A DNA stretch of 64,000 nucleotides, from contig NC_057755.1 in assembly GCF_004010195.1 (NCBI RefSeq), forward strand, positions 10,263,989 through 10,327,988, given 5' to 3'. Positions 53,080-64,000 of this stretch are shown here, piece by piece; the first letter of the stretch is position 1; every line of letters begins with the position of its first letter. This DNA comes from Chiloscyllium plagiosum (lineage: Eukaryota). The position numbers were made by a program, and so were the translations under genes. A model generated the notes under the pieces. The model made no database searches. It was not told the DNA's origin and worked only from the letters and a program-made list of their open reading frames with translations.

Positions 53080-53579
53080 NNNNNNNNNNNNNNNNNNNNN
53101 NNNNNNNNNNNNNNNNNNNNNNNNNNNNNNNNNNNNNNNNNNNNNNNNNNNNNNNNNNNNNNNNNNNNNNNNNNNNNNNNNNNNNNNNNNNNNNNNNNNN
53201 NNNNNNNNNNNNNNNNNNNNNNNNNNNNNNNNNNNNNNNNNNNNNNNNNNNNNNNNNNNNNNNNNNNNNNNNNNNNNNNNNNNNNNNNNNNNNNNNNNNN
53301 NNNNNNNNNNNNNNNNNNNNNNNNNNNNNNNNNNNNNNNNNNNNNNNNNNNNNNNNNNNNNNNNNNNNNNNNNNNNNNNNNNNNNNNNNNNNNNNNNNNN
53401 NNNNNNNNNNNNNNNNNNNNNNNNNNNNNNNNNNNNNNNNNNNNNNNNNNNNNNNNNNNNNNNNNNNNNNNNNNNNNNNNNNNNNNNNNNNNNNNNNNNN
53501 NNNNNNNNNNNNNNNNNNNNNNNNNNNNNNNNNNNNNNNNNNNNNNNNNNNNNNNNNNNNNNNNNNNNNNNNNNNNNNN
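53080..53579. other. Assembly gap (500 N)
   Basis: Exactly 500 Ns; the round size suggests a scaffolding placeholder of unknown true length. Confidence 0.99.
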
Positions 53580-54655
53580 TCTCTTCTCATCCATCCGTCC
53601 ATAGACTAATACAATGGTTTGGTTCCCACCCACAGCACTATTGTTAATTCTCATGTCTGTCACTAGCAGACCTCCATAACGGATATTGATGCCCGTTCAG
53701 GTTATCTTCAACACATCCTTCTGGTATAGGTCCCTCCATCCCTAGAAGAAATCCCAATGACCCAGATATCTGAAGCTGTCCATCATACACCAGCAATATA
53801 GCTCCAAATTCCCCTCTATTATCTTCCTGTTTCTGGCCTCACTAACACCTGACAGTGAGACTAATCCGAATGTCGCTATCCTATATCTGGACAGACTGAT
53901 GCAGTAATTTCATCTTATGAATTTATTGCACCCAATCAGTATAAAAGAGGCATACTAATCAAAGTTTACATACTTTTCGAATATATGACCAAAGTGCAAT
54001 TCCCTCTACAGTCCGATACTGCAAATGTCTGAGCTTTAATAACTGGTCAGGGATTGAAAGAATCAACAATAACTCTATTCAGAATAACGTCTCCTGGTTG
54101 AATGAACAAGGAGAAACTGTTCTGAAAGAATTAAAAGCAATACGCCAATTAACCATCCTGGGTAGCAGAAAGTGAAGTTTCTGAACCAGTCGTTTCCTGG
54201 GAGGGAGGCAGTAATAACTGATTGATAATCTGCTGCTTCCTGACAAATGGGAAATTACGATTACCTCCAGATCGTATGTGCTGAGGGAAAGGGCTTAATG
54301 ATAGTGCAGGCTGTGGTTTGAACATGCAGCTAAGACTGAATGCAACAAATTATAGGGAAGCTACTCCTGACAAGATGGCAAGCTACAGACTTGATGACTG
54401 CTGAAGAGCAATGATTGTAGTGGATGTAGAGATGTAAATGCCCATTAATAATGTCACACCTTTAACTACATAATAGTGAATTTCAGTCTGAACTTCCATA
54501 ATTGAGGACTGTTGTTTTGTTTGCTACATGAAGTAAAGTTCAATTCATTTTTTCAGCATTTCATTATCTCTGAGAATAAAATTGAAGGTAGATTGTGATC
54601 ATTTACGCACAATAATAGTCAGCATACCTACTTACAATGCCTTTAAATAATCAAT

Positions 54656-55069
54656 TATTGATACAGACCAGGCCAGACCCCCTCACGATATTTTAAAAAG
54701 ATTGCCTAGATCCTAATGTTCTCTTAATTTAAAAGCAGATGTGCAGTGGATGTTCCAGGTGTGTATCTGGTCAAACCACTCAACTTTAACAAAAGATAAA
54801 TTCAAACAGAGATTCTTGCAGTCATAATGGAAGAATATCTAGAGAGAATTTTCAGAGAAATTAAGAAGAATCCTTTACTGAAGCTTGGAACTTTCTGAGT
54901 ATCACACATCTTATGATTGCTACAAATAAAAACAAACGAGAGTAAAACCTGAACTGTTAGAACTGACCTCGCCATTGTTAAACTGGACATTTCGGTAGCT
55001 CTGCCTTTGCAACCTCTATTAAAAAAGCAAGGACAAAGTAACCTGTTGAAAGTGACAGCATCGTCATAC
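54656..55069 (-). mobile_element. Solo Gypsy LTR remnant
   Basis: Reverse complement begins 'tatgacgatgctgtcacttt' and ends 'gagggggtctggcctggtctgtatcaata', like the 40291 and 12690 LTRs. Confidence 0.65.
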
Positions 55070-55951
55070 TATCCATAAATTATACATCAGATTTGTATAC
55101 CATTAGACCAACAGTAGTTGCCCAAACACTTTATAAATGTGAATAGACTGACAAATGCCACAAAACTGGAAAACTTAAGTAATTGAAGAAAAGATCAGCC
55201 AGTGTATAAATGTATGATGATACTTGTCAGAGAGAAATAACTTTATTTTTGTGTCCTTTATGGGGCACAACACACTTGGAATAGCCTTTCAGAGAGGAGA
55301 ATCTGGAAAGGCACAATATTTTTAATCAATGTATTAAAAGTGTCCTCACAGACATTTGTTTACATTTTACATTGACTGCATCTCTCATATTGTATTGAAA
55401 TTAATATTCTCTCATTTCAAAATTCCCTGCGTTTCTCAACGACATATAAATAAAAGAAATAGTAACAGGATTTGACCATTTGGCCTTTTGTAATTGCTCT
55501 GCAATGGCTGATGCTATGCTCTGCAATGATAATGGCTGACGATCCAACTCGAGACTGTTTCAGCTTTCTCCCCCCACAGGGCGTCCCCGATTTATGATCA
55601 TTCCACTAATGAACGCTCGTGCATATGAACATGATCCCATTGCTTGGAAAACCACCTTAAGGTTGAGACGAGAAAGTTGTGAGTCTTTGCCAAAGAGATC
55701 TGAAGGGGAAGTGTCCTTATATATATATATTGAACGCTGAGATAGGTAGATGCTTGATCAGTCAGGAATCAAAGATTACGGGAAAAGAGCCGGAAGGTAG
55801 ATATGATGATTGCAGATGATCTACAATTCTATTCAGAGGATGTTAGAATGTTTCAAAGGGTCGAAAAGTGTGTTGCTGGAAAAGCACAGCAGGCCAGGCA
55901 GCATCAGAGGAGAAGGAGAGCTGAAATGTCAGGCACACGCCCATCATGAGG

Positions 55952-56636
55952 AAGGAGAAAGTGGCTGACTTCCATTGCTATTTCTTCTGGTCTTGTGGTG
56001 TAATGTCATCTTCCAACACTTGGCCCATAGCCTTGTATGATTTGGCATCACAAGTTTGAATCTAACACCCTGACAAGCAGTGAGTTCCAGATTCCCACCA
56101 ACGTCTAAGTGAAACGTTTTTACTAAGTTCCCTTCTAAACGTTCTTCTTCTTACTTTAAATCTATTCCCTCTTGTCATTGATCATTCTACCAAAAGGCGT
56201 TGTTTGTTCCAGTATAACCTGTTTGAGCCCTTTTTAATTTATTCCTTACACAGTTCTCTCTAAACGCACCACCACTTCCATCTGAAGGACAGCAGGAACA
56301 TAGGAGTCCCACGACCTGCAACTTCCCTCCAAGCCATTCACAATCCTGAATTCAAAATATATCGACTCTGTTCCTTTACTGTCACTTGGTCACAATTCTG
56401 GAATTCCTTCCCTAAAGTGCATTGTCGGAATAATCACACCAGAAGGTTTGCAGTAGATTAAGAAGGAAGCTCACCAACATATCAAATCGTGACGGGCAAC
56501 AAATATTAGCCGACGTCCTACAAGGCTATACATATAGCATGACACTCACGTGTAATCAGTGTAAATCTGCATGTCAAGTGTAAACATATGACCACAATGA
56601 CAATGTGTAGTTTCAAACATGAATCAAAGTCAAACA
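55952..56636 (+). repeat. Segmental duplication block 1, copy B (paralog of 1-675)
   Basis: Colinear match from 'aagg..tggc.tacttccatt' to 'catgaatcaaagtcaaaca'. Confidence 0.95.
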
Positions 56637-57780
56637 CCTCCCACCTTGTACATGTCAGGTACTCATCTGACTCAGCCAACGTTGTCTATCTTATACGTTG
56701 CAGGCAAGGATGACTGGAGGCATGGTACATTGAGGAAACCACGCAAAGGCTATGACAATGGATGAATGGGCACCACACAATAATCAACAGACAGGAGGGT
56801 TCCTCCCAGTTGGGGAACACTTCAGTGGTCCAGGACATTCAGCCTCGGACATTCGGGTGACCATTCTCCAAGGTGGACTTCGGGACAGGCAGCAGAGAAA
56901 AGTGGCCTAGTAGAGGCTGACAACTAATTTCGGTACCCATTGGAATGGCCTCAACCGAGACCTTGGGTTCATGTCACATTGCAGGTGATCACCATTGCAC
57001 TACACACACACACACAGATATTCCTACACATATACACTCTCACATACACACGAACACAGGTGCACACAGACGCGCACAGACACCCACACACACCCTTCTA
57101 GACTCACACATTCCCACACTCACACATGCCTCCATCACAGAATTAAGACACTCTGCACTCACTACACACACTCACTTTCTCACACACACAACCCCCACCC
57201 CAGACAGACAGACACACACAGACAAAGACCCACATGCACACATATATTTTGTGGGGTGAATTTGTACTTGCAGAGATACATTGTACTTTGCTCAAAAAGT
57301 ATGCATTCATGTAGAACTCTGAGCTCAAAAACTGCATGAATTTATGTAAAACTCTATTATCTCACTTTTTAGATTAAAATCAATCTAATCATCATGGCAT
57401 AGACAGAGAACACAGGGGGCCAACACCTTCAGCATATTGTCTAGATATCACCATTGTTAACAGCTAACCCGAGAATGCAATTTTTAAAAAATGGTTTTGT
57501 GATTTTCACATGAAAGAAGTGAAACAGTAAAACTATCACTGTATTCTAACAGATGAAAGGCTTAACAGACAATCAATTTTTCAATGTATAATTTCAGTTA
57601 CATCGCACTGTACATTTTTGCTATAAATTCTGTGTTACGATCTAGCCCTTCACCATCACCTGTTGAAGAAGCGTCACTCCAAAAGCTAGTGTGCTTCCAA
57701 TTAAACCTGTTAGACTATAACCTGGTGTGTGATTTTTAACTTTGTACACCCCAGTCCAATACTGGCATCTCCAAATCATG
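56637..57780 (+). mobile_element. Penelope-like element 3' part (GIY-YIG, CA-rich tract, terminal repeat)
   Basis: DSANVVYLIRCRQG*LEAWYIEETTQRL; imperfect (CA)n at ~57000-57245; terminus homologous to 17300-17690. Confidence 0.88.
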
Positions 57781-60700
57781 CTTATAATAGCCATTCAAAT
57801 GGATTATGAAAGGAAACCTGCCAGGAATATCAAAATGATAATTATTTTTATACTCAGATAAAGCAAGTTCAAGAGCAGCAATGGTTCATTAAAGACTGAA
57901 AGTATGTACTTGTCCACGACTAAAGAGAAAAAGGCAGACGTGCTGAAATTACGTTACCTCAGTAGTGGCAGTCAGAAATGTCATTTTATGAATTATTAAT
58001 TATCTTCTTTCCTTATTTTATCATTCACAAAGCAGTGATAGATCAAACAAATCATAAAAAGAGGAAGGTTTGGATGCAGGCCCAGTTGAAACATTTAAAA
58101 GGCATCTGGTCAGGTACATGAATTGGAAACTTTCAGAGGGAAAGGGAACAAATGCAGGGAACTGGGATTGTTATAACTACTGAAACGAGACTGACTAAAG
58201 GGTCTGTTTTTGTGCTGTATAACTATGACTCTGACTGTTAATCAAAGATCAGTTCTACATAACATTTCATTTCTCCTTGTCTAGTGCGACAAAAACAAAC
58301 CGTTAATGAGGTTACTTCATTTCAAACATTCGATACAAATCTGAGTAAAGCTTTGTTATGATCTGACATAGCCTCAAGTCATGAACTATAAATTCCAGGG
58401 GATAAAGGGTAAAGTGACAGGATAGATTAAAAAAAAATACTTCAGCGACAGGAAGGAAAGTAATGAAATTTTATTTCACTAAAATATTACTTAACTTTGG
58501 GTTCCATGGCAATCAGTTTTTATTCCCATTTCTTAAATGTTTGTCGATATGGTGTTGAAACCGCTGAATGGAATTCAGAAAATTGAAAACAACACAGGAA
58601 TGTCACGTTTGTTGATGCTGAATGAGACATTTTTTTTTGACTGCAGATCTTGGTTAGCCAATTTAGTGGAACAGAATCAAATATAACAAACGCTGATTGG
58701 CATGAGATAATACATTGAAGGAAGTTTTGAAAGGTGTTGGAATCATGAGTAAATGCCTGAACGTGTTACAGGCTCCCAGCATTCTCCGTATAAATGTAAA
58801 ATCACCATACTCCTATTCTTTCACTTGAGGCATTGACTGGTGTTAGTTCACTACACCTCAGGCAAGCGGAGAGATTGAGAAATAGAGTAGAAAAATGGAA
58901 ACCGAAACTGGTGGAGTTATTGAGTGATTGCATCACTAAAAGTTTACCAATCTACCTGAGAAACTGCTTATAACAGACATTGATTTGATAGATATGTCGG
59001 TGTTCACAAAGTCAGTGACATTACTATGAAATTTTTAAAAAACAGATTGCTAGAAAAATCTCAGACTGTCTGACAGCATCTGTGGAGGGACATCAGAATT
59101 AACATTGTGGGTTTAGTGATCCTTTCCAGGACAGAACGAATGCATGACTTTGATAGCTGAAGCAAAGAACAAAATGAATGCAGGATTATTTTAGAATTCT
59201 GAAAGAAAATGCAGATGCACTGTTGTGTTCAGTTTAATGCAGAGTTGAAGGATGCGAATGTATGACAGAGTATGACTAAATGCATATTTTAAAGGCAGCA
59301 GAATATTATGCATGCAAACAGGTCGAAGAGTGTTTATTGAGTTAGATGTGTGCATTTTTGTACTGGACGATGAAATTATAAATAAATACAACGCGTTCAA
59401 AGCAATCAAAGCATCAGATTTCGTGGACAAAGTAAGAAAAGAATCATCTCTGAGTGATTCTAACACATACATAGAAACTATTCTGAAGGGTAATTGAACA
59501 AATATAAATCACTAATACGTTCTCAACTTTCAGAAAATTTAAACTCTTTTATTGAACATGAAGCTTTCTTTTAAACAAAATGAACTGTCAGCACAGGATG
59601 TGGTTCACGACAACACCATGATCAGTGTGATCGATTTGTGAGGCAAAAGGAGGAAGTAATTACTCTGCATATTGTTTACAAATGTATCAGTAAAGATTTG
59701 AAACCTGAAATTTGATACAAATTAACGAGATCTATTAACATGCGTTTGTTTATTTCCAATAAGTATATATGTCATTGCAGAGACATAAAACGGTTGCAAT
59801 TCAATTCCCTTAAATTCACTTGCAATACAGAGGATAAATTCAGAAAAATTAAGTTCTGAATGGCAACCAATTTCACATATTTATACAATGTAAGAACTTT
59901 CTTCAAAGTTTCAAAATTCATAAATAGAATTCATGCTGCTGTGAAGATAAAAAGAAATACAAGTATGGAATCCACAATGCAGACTGATGCTCCCTGACGC
60001 AGTTGAACGTTAGAATTTATGAACGGGGACACACTGTTGAGTTGGATGCGAATGCGATTCAGCTTTGAAGCTATAATTGTATGATTTATGCAATTCTACA
60101 ACAAGGCATTTGATAAGGATTAACACGGTAGTCTCAGGAAGTATGAGTTACAGGCTGATTTGGCTCTCTGGATTCAGAATTGGTTAGCTGACAGAAGGCA
60201 GAGAGTGGTTGTATATGGAAAGCATTCTGCGTTGAGAATCGTGTTTAGTTGTCTTCTGCAGGACTGTGGTCTTGGGGCTCTGCATTTCGTACTTTTACTA
60301 ATGACTTGGTTGATGAGGTTGAGGGGTGGTTTAACAAATTTGTCGATGACACAAAGGTTGGAGGTGCGGTTGATAACATCGAGGGTTAGTGCAGGCTGCA
60401 GGGCAACATAGACAGGATGCAGAGCTGGACTGAGAATTGGCAAATAGAGTTCAACCTGGATAAATGCGAAGTGTTGCACTTTGGAAGATCGAGCTTGATT
60501 GCTGAATATAGGATTAAAGACAGGATTCTTGGCAGTATGGAGGAACGTTGGCATCTTGGTGTTCAAGTACATAGATTCCTCAAAGTTGCCACCCAAGTGG
60601 ATAGGATTGTTAAGAACGCATATGGTGTTTTGGCCTTATTTAACAGGGGTATTGAGGTTAAGAGCCGCGAGGTCTGGCTGCAGGTCTACAAATCTCTGAT

Positions 60701-63700
60701 GAGACCACACTTGGAATGTTGTGTCCAGTTCTGGTTACCCTATTTATACGAAAGATGCAGAGGATTTGGAGTGGGTGCAAAGGAGGTGTACCAGGATACT
60801 ACCTGGACTGGATGGCTTTTCTTACGAGCTGAGGTTGACTGAGCTCGGACTTTCCTTTCTGGAGAGAAGGAGGAAGAGAGGTAACCTGATCGAGATGTAC
60901 AAGGTAATAACAGGCATGACTAGAGTCGATAGTCAGAAACTTTGCGCCAGACCAGAATTGACCGCCACGTGGACTCATTGTTTTAAGGCATTAGCAGGAA
61001 GGTATAGAGGAATCGTCAGGCATGGTTCTTTATGCAGAGAATTGTGAGAACAAAGAATGTGTTGCCAGTGGTAGTGGTGGAAGCAGCTTCATTAGACAGT
61101 TAAGCGACTGATGGACGTGCACATGGTATCAGTGAATTGAGTAGGTTACGTTATTTTATTTTTGGTTAGGATTAATCTTCGTAACAACACCGTGGGCCGA
61201 AGGGCCTGTACTGTTCTGTCCGTTTCTATGTTCTATGAATGCAAATTTACAAACATATATGCTTATCGTATCCAAACTATGAACTCAAACACAATCGAGG
61301 TAATGGAATATTGGCAAAAAAATGTGCAAAAAAATGTGACAGCGTATATATTAAAGAATGTCTCCTTGCAATTGGGGGAAAAAATCAACTCCAATTAGAG
61401 TACTAATAATTATGGCAGTGACAACATTATTTTCTGCAAATATATAGTGTGAATAGTGTGCTGGGAAAGCAAGGTAAAATAAAAATATTTGCTGAAGTCG
61501 TTGCTTACAAATAGTCCCGAAATCATTGATACCAAAATACGTGTATGGAAATGTTTACTAAATCGATTGTGGTGGATTGATTAATTTTGGATAAATAAGA
61601 GCAATAACTACAGGGACATATATAGCTTCCAGTTCTATTTCCGTCAGTTTATTCTTCACTTTCAAAACAAAGAATGAACTCAAGAAAAGTAAAGATTAGA
61701 ATGGCAGTGAATTACACATGTTTGTACTACAAAAGGACTTTTTCAAAATTACCTAGTTCACAAAAAGAAGCCACAGTCCTGTGAGATCAGAAATAAATAT
61801 AAATATGGTCACCAAAGTGCATTCTGATCGTCTTTGACTCATTTGAGTTTAGAACCTAGGTACAGAAGACTGCCGCTGAGCCTATTGAGAAAATTGTTTA
61901 GTTTTGACATTGCAATTTCGTGATTTGTGAAATCCTTTAGACTGAAAGTAATTTCATAAACATATTATGACAGCTTCAGAAAGATGAACCCAAACAACCT
62001 TGACAGATTTGAATAGACACGTAAAATGTATTGTGAAAGGTAAGTGTCAAAACATAAGTTGATGAATATCTTCTCCACATTTTACAACGAAAATAACCTG
62101 GAATCAGAGGTTTTTATTTAAACAAACATGACAGTCAGTACGTTCCATTCTACAAAAAGATAGTGTGATTAGTGTGCCGGAATAAAAAAGGAAGATAAAA
62201 ATAATTTCTGAAATTATTGCCTACAAATATTTCAGAAAACATTGAAGCGAGAAACTTGAAAAACACAGTTATCTAAAACTATTGAGATAGTAGGATTAAT
62301 TTTGGATAAGTGTGAGAGCATTGTCAGTGGGGATATACATTGTTTGTCATTCAAGTACTTTTGAGATCATTTTTCACTTTCACAGCAGACAATAAGAGCA
62401 GGAAGTAAAATGTCGTCTGGGAAATCAATGTCATTGAGGCTACATAAGCAAAAATTGCATACATTCTGATGATTTCACGAAAATATAAAGACCAGCAAAT
62501 ATTCATGAAATAGATTGGGAAAGCTATGAAAAGAGATCATTAAAGGAAACTTGCCAGTGACGTCAAAATGACAAGAAATTTTCTATTTGCGTATCGCAAG
62601 ATCATTTATGATGAGTCCGGGTAAAATGCAGACCTGTTGACATTACCACAGTTCAATATTTACAGTCAAACGTAATTTTGTAAAATATTAAATGGTTTTC
62701 TCCTTGTTTTTATCATTCAGGATGATAAAAGTAGATCAAACTAATCAGCACCAAGAGGAAGTTATCAATTCAGGGACAATTACAAAATTTAAAAGACTTT
62801 TGGACAGGTTCATGAATAGATAAGATTCAGATGAATATTGGCAAATACAAGTGAAAGGAATTGGTTTAATTTGTGAAACAAGTTGGACTAAAGGGTCTGT
62901 TTAAGTGATGTTCGATGATATGACTCTGTTAATCGAAGAAGTAAAAACAATGACTGCAGATGCTGGAAACCAGATGCTGGATTAGTGGTGCTGGAACAGC
63001 ACAGCAGTTCAGGCAGCATCCAAGGAGCTTCGAAATCTGTTAATCGAAGGTCAGGTCTGTGTAGCATTTTATTTATCTATCTCTAATGCCAGATAACGAA
63101 AGTGTCACCTTTTAACTTAATTTTATGTGTGCAATATAGTTGTAGTGAAGCTTAATTATGGTCTGTTCGAGCATTAGGTATTGAAATGCAAATCCAAACG
63201 CTAGAAGGCATTTTGAGAGGAAACACCAAACAACATTAGCTCAACGAGAGGAAGGAGCGGATAAAGAGCAATGAATGATTATTACATTAAACTGTGACAT
63301 ACCTTTGGTTTCCAACGCAATCAGTTTTTTTTTTCACATTATTTTTAAGTTATCTATATGGTGTTGAAATTTCTGGATGGATTTCAGAAAATCGAAACCA
63401 GTACAAACAGGACATTAACTGATCATGAATGAGAAAGCATTTGTCTGTAAGACTTGCTTGAGCCAATTTAGTGGCACAGTACCAAATACAACAAAGCCTG
63501 AATTGTTTTAGATTATGCATTGAGGGATGTTTTCAAGGGTCAAGGAGTTATCAATGTATGACTGGACTTTAAACGTTTTACATAAATGGAGCAATCTCGT
63601 TGTAAAGATAAGGTCACCAAAGTCCTCTCAAGTGAGGGACGGCACGGTGGTTCAATGATTAGCACTGCTGCCTCACATTCCAGCCTTGGGCGACTGTCTG

Positions 63701-64000
63701 CTTGGAATTTTCACATTCTCCCCATGTCTGCCTAAGTTTACTCCGGGTAATCTGCTTTCCTCCCATAATCCAAAGATGTGAAGGTTAGCTGAATTAGTCA
63801 TGCTAAATTGCTCATAATGTTCAGGCATTTGTGGGTAAGGTACATTAGTTGAGGATAAATATTGTTAATAGTTATGGATGCGTTACTCTTTGGAGCATCG
63901 ATGTGGCCTTGTTTGGTGGAATGGCCTGTTTCCACACTGCAGGGATTCTATTGTATTTTATTCAGAGCATTGACTAGTGTTGATTTGACCAGAAGATCAC
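57779..64000 (+). repeat. Segmental duplication block 2, copy B (paralog of ~18606-24671; runs off window)
   Basis: Colinear ~90% match to the window end ('ttgatttgaccaga.gatc'). Confidence 0.95.
62939..63035 (-). mobile_element. 97-bp PLE-derived insertion with 14-bp target-site duplication
   Basis: TCTGTTAATCGAAG at 62925-62938 and 63036-63049; single copy (empty site) at 23729-23742. Confidence 0.92.

Noticed and set aside
53045..53663. Long ORFs of 185-199 aa
   Set aside because: Artefacts of translating the N gap.
54265..54335. Possible further NLR exon beyond the gap
   Set aside because: 71 nt, wrong phase, and no LRR motif.
56945..57339. His/Thr-rich ORFs
   Set aside because: Translation of the CA-rich tract within a PLE.
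57779..64000. Duplication as an assembly artefact (uncollapsed haplotype)
   Set aside because: About 10% divergence, indels and a copy-specific insertion exceed plausible allelic difference. Its placement relative to copy A does depend on the scaffold gap.
1..64000. CRISPR array, operon or prokaryotic defence system
   Set aside because: No regularly spaced short repeats or gene-dense coding; the sequence is vertebrate repeat-rich DNA.

Overview
Eukaryotic, AT-rich, repeat-dominated DNA, almost certainly from a shark or other elasmobranch (HE1-like SINEs, HER1/CR1 LINEs, abundant Penelope-like elements). There is no intact long gene and no prokaryotic-type system. Most of the window is decayed retrotransposons: CR1, L2-like, Rex/Babar-like and Tx1/L1 LINE pieces, GIY-YIG Penelope-like elements (PLEs) with hammerhead-ribozyme-like termini, and two Gypsy LTR elements, one clearly with the integrase-before-RT (Gmr1-type) order. 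Between the repeats lie host multigene-family remnants that the ORF track mostly misses. These are three GPR139-like orphan GPCR remnants (710-2268 minus, an orphan exon 1 at ~14352-14439 plus, 37697-38150 minus) and the last three LRR exons of an NLR-type immune receptor (minus; 52732-52642, 50612-50421, 46464-46377), whose upstream part runs toward a 500-N scaffold gap (53080-53579). Beyond the gap is a ~90% identical segmental duplicate (55952-56636 matches 1-675; ~57779-64000 matches ~18606-24671) in which ~17.9 kb is replaced by a 1.1 kb PLE. PLEs sit at deletion or truncation points three times in this window. Repeat boundaries and identities were estimated by eye.
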